This document shows positions 28,670 through 50,686 of a stretch of DNA of 64,000 bases, one piece after another. The translations under genes were made by a program, and so were the position numbers. Numbering within the stretch: the stretch's first letter is position 1; each line of letters opens with the position of its first letter. The notes below the pieces were generated by a model that made no database searches, was not told where the DNA came from, and saw nothing but the letters and a program-made list of their open reading frames with translations. Source of the DNA: the human T2T-CHM13v2.0 reference genome, Homo sapiens; the NCBI RefSeq assembly GCF_009914755.1, contig NC_060926.1. One strand, written 5' to 3'.

Positions 28670-29545
28670 CAGTTACTTTAAGCAGTTCCACTCCCAGATA
28701 TATATTGAAGAGACTTGAAAATGTATGTCCACACAAAAATTTATACACAGATGTTCATAGCAACATTATTCATAATAACTAAAATATGGGAACAATCCAA
28801 ATGTCCATCAAGTGATGACTAGATAAACCAAATATGGTATAGCTATACAATGAAATATTCAGCAATAAAAAGGAATGGCATACCACAGCACACTCATTGG
28901 GATGGCTATAATTTTTTAAAGATAGTGTTGATGAGGAAGTGAAGAAATGGAAATCTTTATACATTGATATTGGAGATGTAAAAGGTACAGCCATTGTGGA
29001 AACAAGTTTGGCAGTTTCTCAAAAAGTTAAATATACAATTATCCTGTGACCCAACAATACTACTCCTAGGCATGTACCCAAGAGAATTGAAGACATGTGT
29101 TCACACAAAAATGTGTACACAAATGTTCATAGCAGTATTATTCATAATAGTCGAAAAGTAGACACAACCCAGTATCAGCCATAAAAAGGAATGAGTTATT
29201 GTTACATGCCACAATGTAGATGAACCAAGAAAACCTTGTCTGTGAAAGCAGACAAACACAAAAGGCAACCTGTTGTATGATTCCATTCTTACGAAATGTT
29301 CAAAACAGGTAAATTCGTAGAGACAGAATGTAGGTTAGTGATTGTTAGGGGCAACAGGGAAGGGTACATTGAGACTGACTGCGAATAGGTACAAGATTAC
29401 CTTTGAGGGTGATGGAAATATTCTGGAATTAGATAGTGATGATGGTTGCACACCGTAGGGAATATACTAAAGTATAATGACACATACATGTTAAAATGGT
29501 AAATTTTGTGGTGCGTGAAATATGTCTCACTAAAAATAATAAAAA
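28670..29545 (+). mobile_element. L1M 3'-end fragments (two overlapping pieces)
   Basis: cacacaaaaat.t.tacaca.atgttcatagca..attattcataata occurs twice (~28730, ~29102), followed by L1MB-type 3'UTR. Confidence 0.75.
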
Positions 29546-30489
29546 TAATGCTGAGTCTTGGCATATGCATTTTATAATTTGATAAATTTTGCCAAGTTAT
29601 CCTCCATTGAGATGGTACAATTTATACTTTCAGAAGCTATGTATGAGAGTGCCTGTTCTTCTCACGTGTGTGTCATCAAACGTTTTAGTCTTTGCCCAAT
29701 ATTACTGTTGAAAAATAATAACCCAATGTAGATTACTTTTGTATTTCTCTAATTATGATCAAGATTGACTATCTTGTCATATACTTAAATGCCATTTGTA
29801 GTTCCTTGATTGTGAACTTGCATTCTTATTCATTGCCTGTTTTTCTATTAGTGTCAGTTTTTTCTTATTGATGTGTAGAACTTGTTTATATATTATGTTT
29901 TTTCCTAGTTTGTTTTGCAACTTGATGGATTTTTACAATGAATGCTATTTTTACCATTCAGTAGTGCTTGTTATAGCACTGTTCCATCTTCCTGGTTTAA
30001 ACCAAGAACCTTAACCCTATCTCACTGATATCATTGATGAGAGCAATTAAATTTCTCAGTGCTTATCTTTGTACTTCTAAGCTATGTCAGCTTGACACAT
30101 CTGTGTATGTAAATGTGTTTGTATTTCTTTTACCAGAATATTTTGAAGGAGAACTGAATGAGGAAGACAAGCTTTCAATAGATTAATTGATCTGAAATTT
30201 TGATTGTAGACAGTCATTAAAGTGGATATAATTTATGACTTTTCCTAGAAGATATGAAGAACAAAAATCACTAGATTAATAGATAGATGGATGGGAAGGT
30301 GGATAAATGGTAGATGATTGAGGAAAGAAGTTTATTAAACAGGGCTGAAAACCCTACCCCCAGCTATTGAGTCATTCAGCAGGTTTAGTCCTTCAGTAAA
30401 TTATTTATTTATTTATTTACTTATTTACTTTGCTTACTTTCTTATTTTGAGACAGGGGATTACAGGTGTGTGCCACTGCTTTTGACAGT

Positions 30490-31200
30490 ATTTTTAACTC
30501 ATATTATGTCAAGCCCTGTGCTAGGTGCTGACTCTACAGTATTGACTGAAACAGCTTTTATCCCTGGTTTCATTATAATCTAATGAAGGAGTCAGACAAA
30601 AAAAGACAAAAGGTGAAACAAACTTAATTGAGGTAATGTAATGAAGGGATATAATGTTCCTTACTTGTTAAATGGGAGCTGTACGACATACTTTTGGTAG
30701 GGTGGTCAGTTGAAGGCCTTTCTGAGGTGGCAGGCTTTAAGCTGAGACTTACGGATAATGAAGAGTACTGTAGGAAATCTAGAGGGCATTCTGTGAAAGG
30801 GAAGCTTGAAATTGAGGGCCTTATGATGGCATCTTTCAGAAACAGAAAGGAGGCCATTATGGCTGGAATTTAGTAAGCTGAGGTGGAAGAGGTAAGAAGA
30901 GACCATACAAGCTGTAGTGTAAGGACTTTGGATCTAGTACTGAGAAATTATCAAGAAGTGTTAATCAAATGAGTGACATACTCAAAGTTATGTTTTAGGA
31001 CTATTCTTGCTTCTTTATGGAGCATGAAGAGGGACATGGTGATGAGAAAATCAACTGGGAGAGCAATTAAGAGGCGATAGAGCTTAGACTAGAGAGATAA
31101 GGATGATAAATTGATAAATTCTAGATACAGTTTGCAGATAGACTCAGTTGGATTTGATGTGTTGGATGTTATGGACAGTGGAGAGGAAATCATTGTTAAT
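30490..31200 (-). mobile_element. LINE-2 fragment
   Basis: tatgtcaagccctgtgctaggtgctg...gggtggtcag..gaaggcctttctgaggtg...ttaagctgagact motifs. Confidence 0.7.
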
Positions 31201-31640
31201 TACTCCCAGCCATTTATTTATTATTAAAAATCTATGTGTTCTGCCTGGATTTAATTATGGGTGGTAGAAGTTAGGTTTATAAATAATGATACATAAACTT
31301 ACTTGGAAAATACTACCACATCTAGTACCTCATTTTGGGTTCTTTGATTTTTTTTTAATTGAAACATGTTAGCAGTTGAAGTTTTTCTGAATTCAGTCCT
31401 AATTGTCCAGAAATAGAGCTAAACTGGCCTTCAGAAGTATTGAAACTGCTTAAAATTTCTCACACATAAAAATCAATCATTCTCAAAACTAAACATTATA
31501 TCTTTAAAAATTGGTGGGTTTTTTTCAAATGGGAGGTATTTTATTTTTAAAGGAATGAGGCAAATGTTATAAAATTTCTCCTCAGTGGATTTTCAAGTTC
31601 TGTAGTAGAATTTTGCCTGAATGAGTATAAAGCCCAAGAG

Positions 31641-31642
<2 letters not shown>

Positions 31643-31682
<40 letters not shown>
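31643..31682. repeat. (TG)~20 microsatellite
   Basis: Directly visible. Confidence 0.97.
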
Positions 31683-31686
<4 letters not shown>

Positions 31687-32063
31687 AAGGGTGAAGAGAA
31701 TTTTGAAAACTTGCCAGACTTTTAAGAAATATAGTTAGATTAATGTGAATCACTTCACATTCACTTCAGGTTGCTGCAATTATTAACTATCTTTACTTAT
31801 GAAATAGAGGTTGTTGCACATTGTACTGTTTGATGGAAAAGTCAAATCAAAATCTTAATATTAACACATTCACTAATTTCTAGCATAATTTTATTACATT
31901 TGATATGAAAAATATTGTCTGTAATGCAATGATTTTTTTCCTACCTGGGCCTTTTCTGAAATGCAGCTTTTAGCATTAATCTCCAAATGGAACAGATTTG
32001 CAAGAATCAATATAGTAGTTCCTCAAGGAAAAAAGAAATCAGTTTTATTTATTTATTTTTCAG

Positions 32064-32106
32064 AGGTGGCTGGATCCAAACAAACCAATAAGGAAGCAGC
32101 TAAAGA
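32064..32106 (+). CDS. PTPN4: PTPN4 coding exon: RWLDPNKPIRKQLK(R)
   Basis: tttcag acceptor, gtgagc donor. 43 nt. FERM WLD..K.I.KQ motif in frame with the previous exon. Confidence 0.95.
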
Positions 32107-32204
32107 GTGAGCATACATATTTACTTAATGTTTTGCAAGTTTACTTTATAAAGATAAAGGATTAATATAGTCTGATTAATTAGAACTACTTTTATTAATT
32201 CTAG

Positions 32205-32283
32205 GAGGATCTCCTTACAGTTTGAACTTTAGAGTCAAATTTTTTGTAAGTGACCCCAACAAGTTACAAGAAGAATATACAAG
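32205..32283 (+). CDS. PTPN4: PTPN4 coding exon: GSPYSLNFRVKFFVSDPNKLQEEYT(R)
   Basis: ttctag acceptor, gtgggt donor. 79 nt. FERM FRVKF..DP..LQEE.TR motif. Confidence 0.95.
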
Positions 32284-33552
32284 GTGGGTTTATGGATATA
32301 TTTTTCTTGAAAATATTGTCAAAACTCTAATATGAAATTTTGAAATTAATTAGGCAAAAAGAAATTACTGTGGTGTAATTCTGAGCTTTCCAGTCAGTAC
32401 ACAGAATAAGTTATGGCTATTCCAAGATAACGTTTTCCTCCTTTTTTGGATGGCTGGGAGAGTGTAAGGGGATTTAGAACCTCAGGGCTGCCCAGTCCAG
32501 CCCCAGCTTCCTGAACCATGTAAATATTAAAAATTTCTACTTGTGAACACTGCTTAAGTGTGGCTATAATTAATTGAGGTCATCAAATGTGCTGAAATTG
32601 TATCCAAAGGATGCTGTGTGGTGAGAAATTTGGGTTTTTTTTTTCCCATGTGAAAGCATATTCTAGTATCTTTTTTTATTGGGGAGAACATAGAATTTAT
32701 AAAATATATAACCATTATTTGCGGGTCAGTAGGTACCTTTTGTCCCCTATGTGTTTTTAATCTTTGGTTCCAAAAAAATATAATGGAGTTTATAAAGGAT
32801 GTTGCAGAGAGTGCACTAGCATGTTGAGGCCTTTACATGCCCACTTGACTCTCCATTTTAAGTCTCAGCTTATGTTACTATCTAATTTTATGGTCATTTC
32901 GACTTGACAGAGTATATACACATGAATGATCCAGATGAACATTTTGATAATGTTCTTGATTATAGGGTGAAATATTGAAGGTAGAAATGGAGAAATACCA
33001 ACAGTGTAGTAACTGTCAGTATTAACCTGAATGACAACCTTGTGTGTTGCCTGAAAGACAGAATTAGTAATGAGTTATTTTACAAAGACAGTTAAAAATT
33101 AGCATGTTATACTCTCTGTAAAATTCTCAGATATAAGAATATAGGCCAGTGACTACATTCAGAATTACTCTAAAAGATAGGTGTCAAAATTAAAAAATCC
33201 ATACCTAAAATTACCTATAGATGGGATGTTAAATTTTAATGTATTGGTTATCATTTAGGATACTGTCTTGGAGTAGAGAAACAAAAGGATAAATTATTTA
33301 ATTAGCTGCAGCTGCCAGTTCTAAGGTGTTTGCAGAGTTTTCAGTAGTAAACCAAGTGAGAAAAATTAGATTGAAATTCTAGAGATTTCTTTTCAGTCAG
33401 TGTGTTTTGGGGTGGGTGCGCAGGTGTTCCTTTTTTTTTTTTTTTTTTTAACAAATGGGAGAACTCAGTAATGTAGTCTCTGGATTATGTAATCCTAATG
33501 CTTGCAACTATTAGTAGAATCCAAGCTAATTCCTCTTGAAAAACTAAGTTGT

Positions 33553-33916
<364 letters not shown>

Positions 33917-35169
33917 TCAGTTAAAACTATGTTTATAATGTACTTCACTTGAAAAACTGTCTTTGAATTTCTGAATGGAGGTAGAATGTGTTGATTCTTT
34001 TATAGCCTGCATTGAAAACATAATAAGGAAATAAATATGTTTCACTAATAAGTTGAAATAACTGCCTGAAGCAGAAGAAAGTAAAATCAAGTTTGATGGT
34101 AGTCAAGGAATTAATTTGCTCTCAGACCCTTTTATAATGGAATGTTATGGAATCTTATAACTGGTATTGTTTGGTAAAATGGGGTAAATGTCTAGTTTTT
34201 TGTAAATTTTACTACCATAGTGTATATCAGTGATTTTTCTACTCTGATTAGAAATTAGAATCATTTGGGGGAGCTTTAAAACCATAATGATGTCTTGGCC
34301 ACATCCCTAGATAATTCTGATTGAACAGGTCTTAGATGGGACCTGAGCATAGGCATGCACAAGTTCCCCCAAATGATTCTAATATATAGCCAAGGCTACA
34401 TATTAGCCAAAGCTTTAATGCTTGAGTAGCCTTAATGTGATGGTTATGATTAGTAACAGTGCACCTTCTGCCACAGCTGCTAAGTTTTCAGAACTAGTTT
34501 AGACCCCAGGAAACAGGAAATCTGCTGCACCTCCTTACCTTGAGATTTCAAGAATGTAAATAGTATATTCCCAATATGCAGATGAATCTGCTCAGTAATT
34601 CTTTCTCAGTTTTTAGCTATATGAAAGTTGACTCTGTTTGGTAGTGAGCCAAGAGGAGAAAATAAACTCTATGTAATACTAAATTAATTTTTAAAATATC
34701 CCTTTAACTAATGAATTAGTTTAGTTTAATTAGTGAAAAATATTCCTTTAATTTTGAAATTATGGGGGGGTGGGGGGCGGGAAAGAATGGAGTCAAACAG
34801 GTTCACCAGGTTAAACACCGTTTACTTTTAGCAGGTGCTAGCATCATTAGAACTGAATTTTTCCAATTCCTGAGATACATATACTAGGCAAGTTGATACT
34901 ACTTTCTTCTTACAAATGTAGAAACTAAGGCTCAGCCACATTTTAACTAATTTGCCCAAGATCACAGGCTAGTTTTGCCTAGGACTTGAATTCTGGTTTC
35001 TACTTTTAACAGTTAAGTTCTTGCCTCTTGGTTAAATGAGTATGTAAGTAAAATTTGGCAAGTATAGGCATTATTTATGTCAGATTTACAATATTATGGC
35101 AAGGATATGCATGACCTTTAAATCCTGACTATAAGATTGTTTCTTACCAGGAACCTTTAACTTTGAATT

Positions 35170-35441
<272 letters not shown>

Positions 35442-36526
35442 GATAACTTTGAATTATTAAACCAAAACAGGCCTGATAGAAATATACTGTCTTGGATTGA
35501 GTAAATAGATTATATTTATAATATTATGCACTAAGCCTCACAAGAAGTTATATATGAAGCCAGGATGTTTGTATTCTTTTTTTTTGTAATGAATATCTGA
35601 TTCTCTGAAAACCTCTTTGGTAATTTGAATATTGTCATGGAGCTCTTCAGTGACTTAATCAGCCAAACTAGAATTTCTAATGACTTTTGACTCTTGGAAT
35701 ATGTACTTTTTTTAGTTTAGTGAAATAAAAAATCTTAAGATTTCCTGGTTAAACATTTAAAACCAAAAAGTTTGGTCTTCTGCCACCCCTATACAACACA
35801 GGTGACTTTGCCCAAGTATTGACAAATCTTTGAGTGGGTTACCCACTAGCAGAGACCAAAGGACAATGCTATCTTGTAAGCAATGACAGCAGGCTTGTTA
35901 AAGAAAACCTAAGTTTTTGTTGGTTTCACAGGAAATTGAATACTTGACAATTCTAACAATAGTAGACAAAAGTATTCTTCCCCTGCCCCGCCAATCAAAG
36001 AGAGACTTCCTTAATTCACATGGAAGTGTATAGGTGCTTTTCTGTAACAGGCAGCTTCCTGCCATCTGATGATAAAATGATCAAAACGCTGGCCTGTCCT
36101 TGTAGCTGGCTTTCTATCTCAGACCAGCGAAAATCATCGCTGGTCTCTAGTGCATTGCTTACAATGCTCTTCCATGTTTGTGATACTCAGGTTTTCTATG
36201 CTTCCCACTTCTTTCTGCATATACCAACCCTCAAGAGTATTTCTCCCTCTGTCATGTAACTATTTGAAATCTTGAGGGCTTCTATAATGGAAGCTAGTGG
36301 AAACAAGACATTCGAAATACAAATTTCATACATCAAAGAGTTTTAAAGATTTAGATTCATGAGCTTATGAAATCTTATTTTTAAACTACTTTACATGTTT
36401 TAATATGTAAATTATAAAAGCAAATATTTAAATATGTTTATTTGTTAATGTAAGTATACAGTTTCTTAGAATTGAAATTGTTACAATTCTATTAAATGCT
36501 ATCCTTTTTGTTTGTTTGTTTTTAAG

Positions 36527-36571
36527 GTACCAGTATTTTTTGCAAATTAAACAAGACATTCTTACTGGAAG
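36527..36571 (+). CDS. PTPN4: PTPN4 coding exon: YQYFLQIKQDILTG(R)
   Basis: tttaag acceptor, gtgggc donor. 45 nt, phase 2/2. Confidence 0.95.
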
Positions 36572-36837
36572 GTGGGCTCTTTAAATTTCTTAAAAAATTT
36601 TTTGTAATGGACTTTAAAAATACTTTTTAAATCTGTGTTAAGTAATTCATGGTCATTGCAAACAAATTATTTAAGAAGGTTACATGTAGTGTGAATTCCT
36701 TTCATCAGATAAGTTTATTTCTTAACAGTTAAAATCAAATCACATGAAACTTCAAGTGTGATTGTTTAACAAATTATAGCACTTTTGAAATTGCTATGTT
36801 TAACCTTCGGTTGTGTATTTTTGTTTTGTTTTATTAG

Positions 36838-36890
36838 ATTACCCTGTCCTTCTAATACTGCTGCCCTTTTAGCTTCATTTGCTGTTCAGT
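36838..36890 (+). CDS. PTPN4: PTPN4 coding exon: LPCPSNTAALLASFAVQ(S)
   Basis: tattag acceptor, gtaagt donor. 53 nt, in frame. Confidence 0.95.
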
Positions 36891-37243
36891 GTAAGTATCA
36901 GCCCATTTTTAGGTCAAATAGCATATAACTGTGGTTTGTGTTGCTAGTACATTGGCTTCAATGTGGGAGTTCTTTAGAAATGTTGCTATATAGAAAATAG
37001 TGACTGCAGTGGAAATGTAATGAAATCTCCAGTTAGTTAGCAATTACTATGATTTTTGAAAAAATTTCCTCTGAAATTGAGACCAAGAAGAATGTTAAAT
37101 GGATTGCTGTGGCTTGCTTAAGTGGTTATATTAGAAACATAAGTATTTTACATCCAGAAATAGAATTAATGGCATCGCTGATTTGACTATAATAATTTAA
37201 AAATTTGTTTATTAAAATGTGAATGTTTTCCTTTCATTATTAG

Positions 37244-37364
37244 CTGAACTTGGAGACTACGATCAGTCAGAGAACTTGTCAGGCTACCTCTCAGATTATT
37301 CTTTCATTCCTAATCAACCTCAAGATTTTGAAAAAGAAATTGCAAAATTACATCAGCAACACAT
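37244..37364 (+). CDS. PTPN4: PTPN4 coding exon: ELGDYDQSENLSGYLSDYSFIPNQPQDFEKEIAKLHQQH(I)
   Basis: tattag acceptor, gtaaga donor. 121 nt. FERM ELGDY motif. Confidence 0.96.
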
Positions 37365-37796
37365 GTAAGAGTTTTTTAGTTTTTTATTTGATAAACTTCT
37401 TAATGGCATTCTTTCTAGAGAAATGTTTGAAATTCTAATATGATGGCTGTATTTAATATAGAACAATTACTGTTACCTAAAATAATATTATCATAAAGAA
37501 ATATAGGTGATCTATGCTAAAAAACGATTTCATAGAATATATGAAGCTCATTTTCATTTCTATTCAGAGCCATTAAGCTATCTGTAAACAGATATTTATT
37601 TGCTATTGTGTAATAGTCTAAATAATTTTAGAATATAAACAGTATAGTCACAATATAGAGATCAGTCTGCTTAGTAATTCTTTCTCAGTTTTTAGGTATA
37701 AAGGACTTGATTCTCCTTGGTAGTGAGCCAAGAGGAGAACAGGAACTCTATATAATACTGAATTAATTTTTAAAAAATATTTCTTTAAGAACAGTA

Positions 37797-38152
37797 CAGG
37801 TTGAACATCCTTAACCCAAGAGTTTGAAATTCAGAGAGCTCTAAAATTTAAAACTTTTTGAGCACTGACATTACACCACAGTGGGAAATTCTGCACCTGA
37901 TCCCATGTAATGGGTTTCAGTCAACATTCGGTGAAAACTTTGTTTCATACACAGAATTATTTTAAATATTATATAATATTACCTTCAGGCTATGTGTATA
38001 AAGTGTATATGAAACATAAATTTCATGTTTAGACTTGGTTTCTATACCAAGATATTGCATTAAGTATATGCAAATATTTCAAAACTTGAAAAAATCTGAA
38101 ATCTGAAACACTTACGATCCCAAGCATTTCAGATAAGAGATACTTAACCTTA
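37797..38152. mobile_element. Tigger4b/MER46-type TcMar MITE
   Basis: ta-caggttgaacatcctt...gagatacttaacct-ta imperfect TIRs, cccaagcatttcagataag. Confidence 0.8.
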
Positions 38153-38329
38153 TCAATATTCATTCATTAACAATATTCATTCAACTTTGATTTTTTTGTG
38201 TGAGTATAATTTTATATATTATTTTTTCAAAAGAGATTTGTTGCCTTGAATAGAAAGTAATATTGTTTATTGGTTCAGAATTCAGTTGTGCTTCAATATA
38301 CAATTCAGAATACTCAGGGAAAAACTAAG

Positions 38330-38590
38330 GCAGTGTTGCGTATTGGCTAAGAGTCTGAACTAAAGAGCCAGACTGCCTGGTTTGAAATTCTGTAAGATTA
38401 CTTACTATCTTATAACCTTGGCCAAACTGTTTTATGCCTCTTCTTCTCTGTTTCCTTACGTAAACTGGGGATAATAAAAGTATCTATCTCTGGAGTTACT
38501 GTAGGTCTTAAATGAGTTTATATACATAAGGTTCTCAAAACCATACATAGCACATTGTAGGCACTGAAGAAATGTTAGCTGTTGTTATTA
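38330..38590 (+). mobile_element. MIR SINE
   Basis: gagccagactgcctggtttgaa...accttggccaa...gtaaactggggataataa core. Confidence 0.75.
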
Positions 38591-38620
38591 TTAAGAAAAC
38601 TTACTTTCTTTTACTAATAA

Positions 38621-39228
<608 letters not shown>

Positions 39229-40535
39229 ATCTAAAATAGACTAATGACTGAGTTTTTAATGGACTACCTAATGTGGTGAGGGGGCTATTTTAATCTAAGT
39301 AAATTCCATTCATAGTGAAAGTTATACATACAGCATATCAGAATCAAGAGTTTGAAGATAAGCCAGATTTTTTTAAATTTACCGATAATGAAAAGACTCT
39401 TAAGGAAAAGCTTATTGATTATATATATCTATTTGGTTTAAGTAAATGATTCATCAGATCTTTAAATGAAGAAAAACAGAAGTATCCACTTTAACTGGAG
39501 GGAGTATATATTTAATTTAATTTTATAGAAATTGGAAGTGTACTGTTTTTTTTGAGGAGTCGTGTTATGATCATGCATTAGCGGGCTGTTGGCTCCCTTT
39601 TCTAGTAGCATTAGTGAATAGAAAGTTTGTATCTTTGTTTTTGTAATTTGCTGCTTTTGCTCTGCTGTAGTCTGATAATAACAGATAACTAAGGTTGTAA
39701 AAACTATATGTGAAATAGGAGTAAATCTATTTTTAAAGGCCTTACATTTAGAGCAATGGTTCTTCAACTTGTGTTTATAAGAATCACTTGGTATTCTTGT
39801 TAAATATAAACAGTTTTGACCTCATCCTTTCTAAATCAGACTCTACAGAATAGTCTTCTTAAACCATCTGTGATGAAAGATGATTTCTTCCCCCCAGCTG
39901 TCATTATTGTGTTACTTATATTTTGTAGAATATAATAAAAATTAATTACTAGAAAAATAAAGTGGAGAAAGAAAACAAAGACGTAAAAAATACAAGTCCT
40001 CATTTGTTTGTTTTTTTGTTTTGTTTTTTTGCTGTTAGATTTAACAGATATTACCCAGGCAGATTGCTATACAAGCCTCCAACACTCAGGTTCCATACTG
40101 TGAATCAACCTCTGTCTGTGCACCACACTCTGAGAAGCACTGCCCTGGAGGTTGGCTTAGAATCTGCAAGTTTCAGAGATATCCTGTGTGATTTAAATGC
40201 AGATATGGTATATGAACCAAATTTTGAGAAATACTGCTTTTAAGTTATATCTAAAAGTGAGGGGTTTTGTTACAGTCACCCATATAAATAGTGAGGAGCT
40301 TTAAAAACTTGGTGTATTCTTGTATTTCTAGAAAATAAGACAGTATTCTGGAAAATAATAATTTGGGTTACTGAAAATGTGCCCTCCAGATAAGTTAGAG
40401 GAGTAGTCCTGCATGGTGTTTCATAGATTTAATTAGACTGCTCAGTTTTTTCAGATAAATAGCCTTTTTCTAATTTAGCCATATTTATTTGATTGATTGA
40501 TTGATCTCATTTTTAACTTAATGATGTCTTTATAG

Positions 40536-40623
40536 AGGCTTATCTCCTGCAGAAGCAGAATTTAATTACCTAAACACAGCACGTACCTTAGAACTCTATG
40601 GAGTTGAATTCCACTATGCAAGG
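40536..40623 (+). CDS. PTPN4: PTPN4 coding exon: GLSPAEAEFNYLNTARTLELYGVEFHYAR
   Basis: ttatag acceptor, gtaagt donor. 88 nt. FERM G.SP.EAE..YL..A..L..YGV motif. Confidence 0.96.
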
Positions 40624-41947
40624 GTAAGTGAAGAAAACTTACTTTGATGTTGTTGAGTTAGGCTCCGTTACTCAATATAACATTTTTTAAGATTAGATAA
40701 CAAATGGAATAAGTTATGATTGCTGCTGACACAGCTGCACTGAAAATTTCCTCTGAATTTAAGTATTTTCACAATAACTTAAGATTCAATTCCCGAATGT
40801 GAAGGATGGTTAATGTGGATTCTTCAAGGTAGTGTTTTATATGTAAAGATAATTTTTACAGACCGTAAGATATAGTACCTTTAGAATATTTATTTTAAAA
40901 TATAATTGTTAGGCTATAGGAAAAGTGGCTTTTGTATACTTTTATAATAATGATCATTAAAAATGTTCTCACATCACTGAGGCCTGTATTAGTGCACTTA
41001 CTTTGTTTTCATCATTTAAAAGCACTATTACGAGTTTTTATTTATAAAGCACAACATGGAGCATATTAACATTTTTATCTCCCCCCATCCCTGTAGTGAA
41101 GTGGAATTTATAGTCACTGACTTTTTCTATATTATACCGTGTGACTTCTTTTCCCTTGTGTCAAACATTGCTGCCTTTGAAAAACTGGTAACCTCCTGGC
41201 ATAAGCATATTTGTGAGTGTTTATCCTGTATTTGTGTGTTTCCTCATGTTTTTCTTGAGTTCTCTATCAAAAGTTCTTGGAGTACAGCTATTCTATACCC
41301 AGTGAAAAGTGGAATTATAATCATCAGTTGAGTTGGTGATAGCGTTTATCTTCTCTTGGAAATGAATAGTTGAGCCTAAAAAGGATATCAACCTGAAAGA
41401 GAATTCAGAGCCAATATTTTTCTTAGATAATTATTTTCAATCATGTTAATACTCAGACACTCACAGGTACACAGATAGTTGTTGAAGTACTCAAAGTTCT
41501 ACTTCATGTAATGGTTTTATCCTTTAGGACCTTACCTGACCATGTTCTGGGAGAGGAACATTAGTTCTTATGTTTCACAAAGCTTATGTCAATCTTTCCT
41601 TTAAAAGACCAGATGAATTGCTTTCCTCACATGATTTTATCTTGTAATTCTGAGTGTTACTTGGAAATCTTTTTGTCTGATTCCATTTAAAATGTGTCTC
41701 TTAGAAACCTTCAGCTTTCTTTTTTTTTTTCCTTCAACTTTTATTTTAAGTTCAACTTTCTGCTTTCTTTAAAATATGCCCCTTTATTTTCCTTCCTTAT
41801 TTAGGGCCTATATCTTTTGAACATGATTCTTAAAAATGTAATGTACTGGTCAGTATTTGTGTAACTAGTTTGTTTTTTATTATAATAAAGTTTAAAACAG
41901 ATGGAACTTTAAATATATGAATTAAACTATGGTTAAAAATAAAAAGG

Positions 41948-42223
41948 GGCTGGGCATAATGTATCATGCCTATAATCCGAACACCTTGGGATGGCGAGGC
42001 AGGAGGATTGTGTAAGCCCAGGTGTTCAAGACCAGCCTGGGAAACATAATGAGATCACATCTCTACAAATTTAAAAAATGACCTGGGCATGGTGGTGCAT
42101 GCCTGTAGTCCCAGCTACTCAGGAGGCTGAGGCAGGAGGATCAGCTGAGCCCAGGAGTCTAAGGCTTCTGTAAGCTATGATCATGCCACTTCACTCCAGC
42201 TGGGGTGTCAGCAAGATCCTGTC
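41948..42223 (+). mobile_element. AluJ, tail lost, abutting antisense L1
   Basis: Diverged dimeric Alu ending gcaagatcctgtc. Confidence 0.88.
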
Positions 42224-46755
<4,532 letters not shown>

Positions 46756-46779
46756 GTCTCATTTATAGATATCGTAGAC

Positions 46780-48620
<1,841 letters not shown>

Positions 48621-50137
48621 GGCCAAAGAGTGATGAGAGAATATGAAAAAAAAAACAAAAACGGAGAACAGTAATTTTGAGGGCTTTTGCTCTACAGGAC
48701 ACAGATAATAATAAGAGGAAACACCTATATAGCATTTACTGCGTGCCAGCCATCCTTCTTAGGGCTTTATGTATGTTAATCCCATTTAATCCTTACAACA
48801 GCCTTGTGAGGCAGGAGTATTATTATCTCCACTTTACAGATGAGGAAAATGAGACACGGAAAAGTTAAGTAATGTGACCATATAATCCCTATTTCTGTAT
48901 TAAGAGCCAATTTATAGCTTCTTTCCAAAACCTCATTTTTAACCTGCATGTATTTGAAGACTTTTCGACAGATCCATTAAAATAATGAAACAATTTACAA
49001 ATGTAATCTCTTGGAACAGAGAAAGGAACTCTTTTCTCAGATTGGAGCTATACATATGACTTTATCCATGTCACTCTACTGTACTCAAATCACATAGTGG
49101 TTTTCCATAATTCTGATGTGTGCTTTCACTTATTGTGACACAGCATTATTTTATTTTTAGTCAACCATCTTTCTATATCAAGCATCTTTATGAAAGCATA
49201 AATAGGTCACTAATTGTTTTCATTTTCACTGAATAATTTGTTTGCATTCTCATACTCCATTAGGCCTATATAAAGCATACAAACATTTTTTTCATCATTA
49301 ATGAATGTATAAGCCTTTATGCCTAACTACATTAAAAATAGACATGAAAATTTTAAACAAGTGATATATTGGAAAAGAACATACTGCTACAGGATAAAAG
49401 AAAATAATTTCAACATATGTTACAGAAAATTTTTTAATATTCATGTTTTATAAAGAGTTCCCCAAAGGAATAATTTTTTTACAACTTGTAAGTAGAAACA
49501 TATGGCATACAGATGTAATAAACATTTCACAGGAGAAATATAGGTGATCAATATTATGCACTTGTCACTAATAATGAAAACAAGGAGATACCAATTTTAT
49601 CAGATTAGCAAAAGTTCAAAGGATTAAAAATAACTATTTTTTGCCTGAGTATGGGAAAGTGGACACTCTAATACATTGTTGAAATATAAATTTGTAGAAA
49701 TCTTTTGGGGGGCAAATATGAATATAATCTTTGCTCACTTCCATTACTGAAACTCCATTCTTTAAAATATTTATAGATGTGTTAGAAAAAGTTGTATAAA
49801 GATAGAGGAAAATATACACCAAATTGTTAATAGCGGTTATCTCTGAGAATGAGGGAAGGAGGCAGGGAAGGTGATGAGGGGAGTCTTTGACTTCTTATTT
49901 GATATTTGAAATTGTTGTATATTGTTTTGAAATTGTTTTATAATTGAAAGTAATTAAGAAAATTAACGGCTGTCTCCACCGTGTAAAATTAATGTTGTTC
50001 TTATGTACATCATAACATTGAGTGGGTTTGCGTTATCGTACTGTTAACATGTGATAGTAGAGAGGTCAGAACATTTAAGTACCCTAGGTAATTAGTTTGT
50101 GTATAGTGTAGTAGTCTCCAAAGAAAGGAGGGGATGT

Positions 50138-50686
<549 letters not shown>

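Noticed and set aside
37250-37438. 62-aa ORF overlapping a PTPN4 exon
   Set aside because: It is an alternative frame of the real exon with no independent support.
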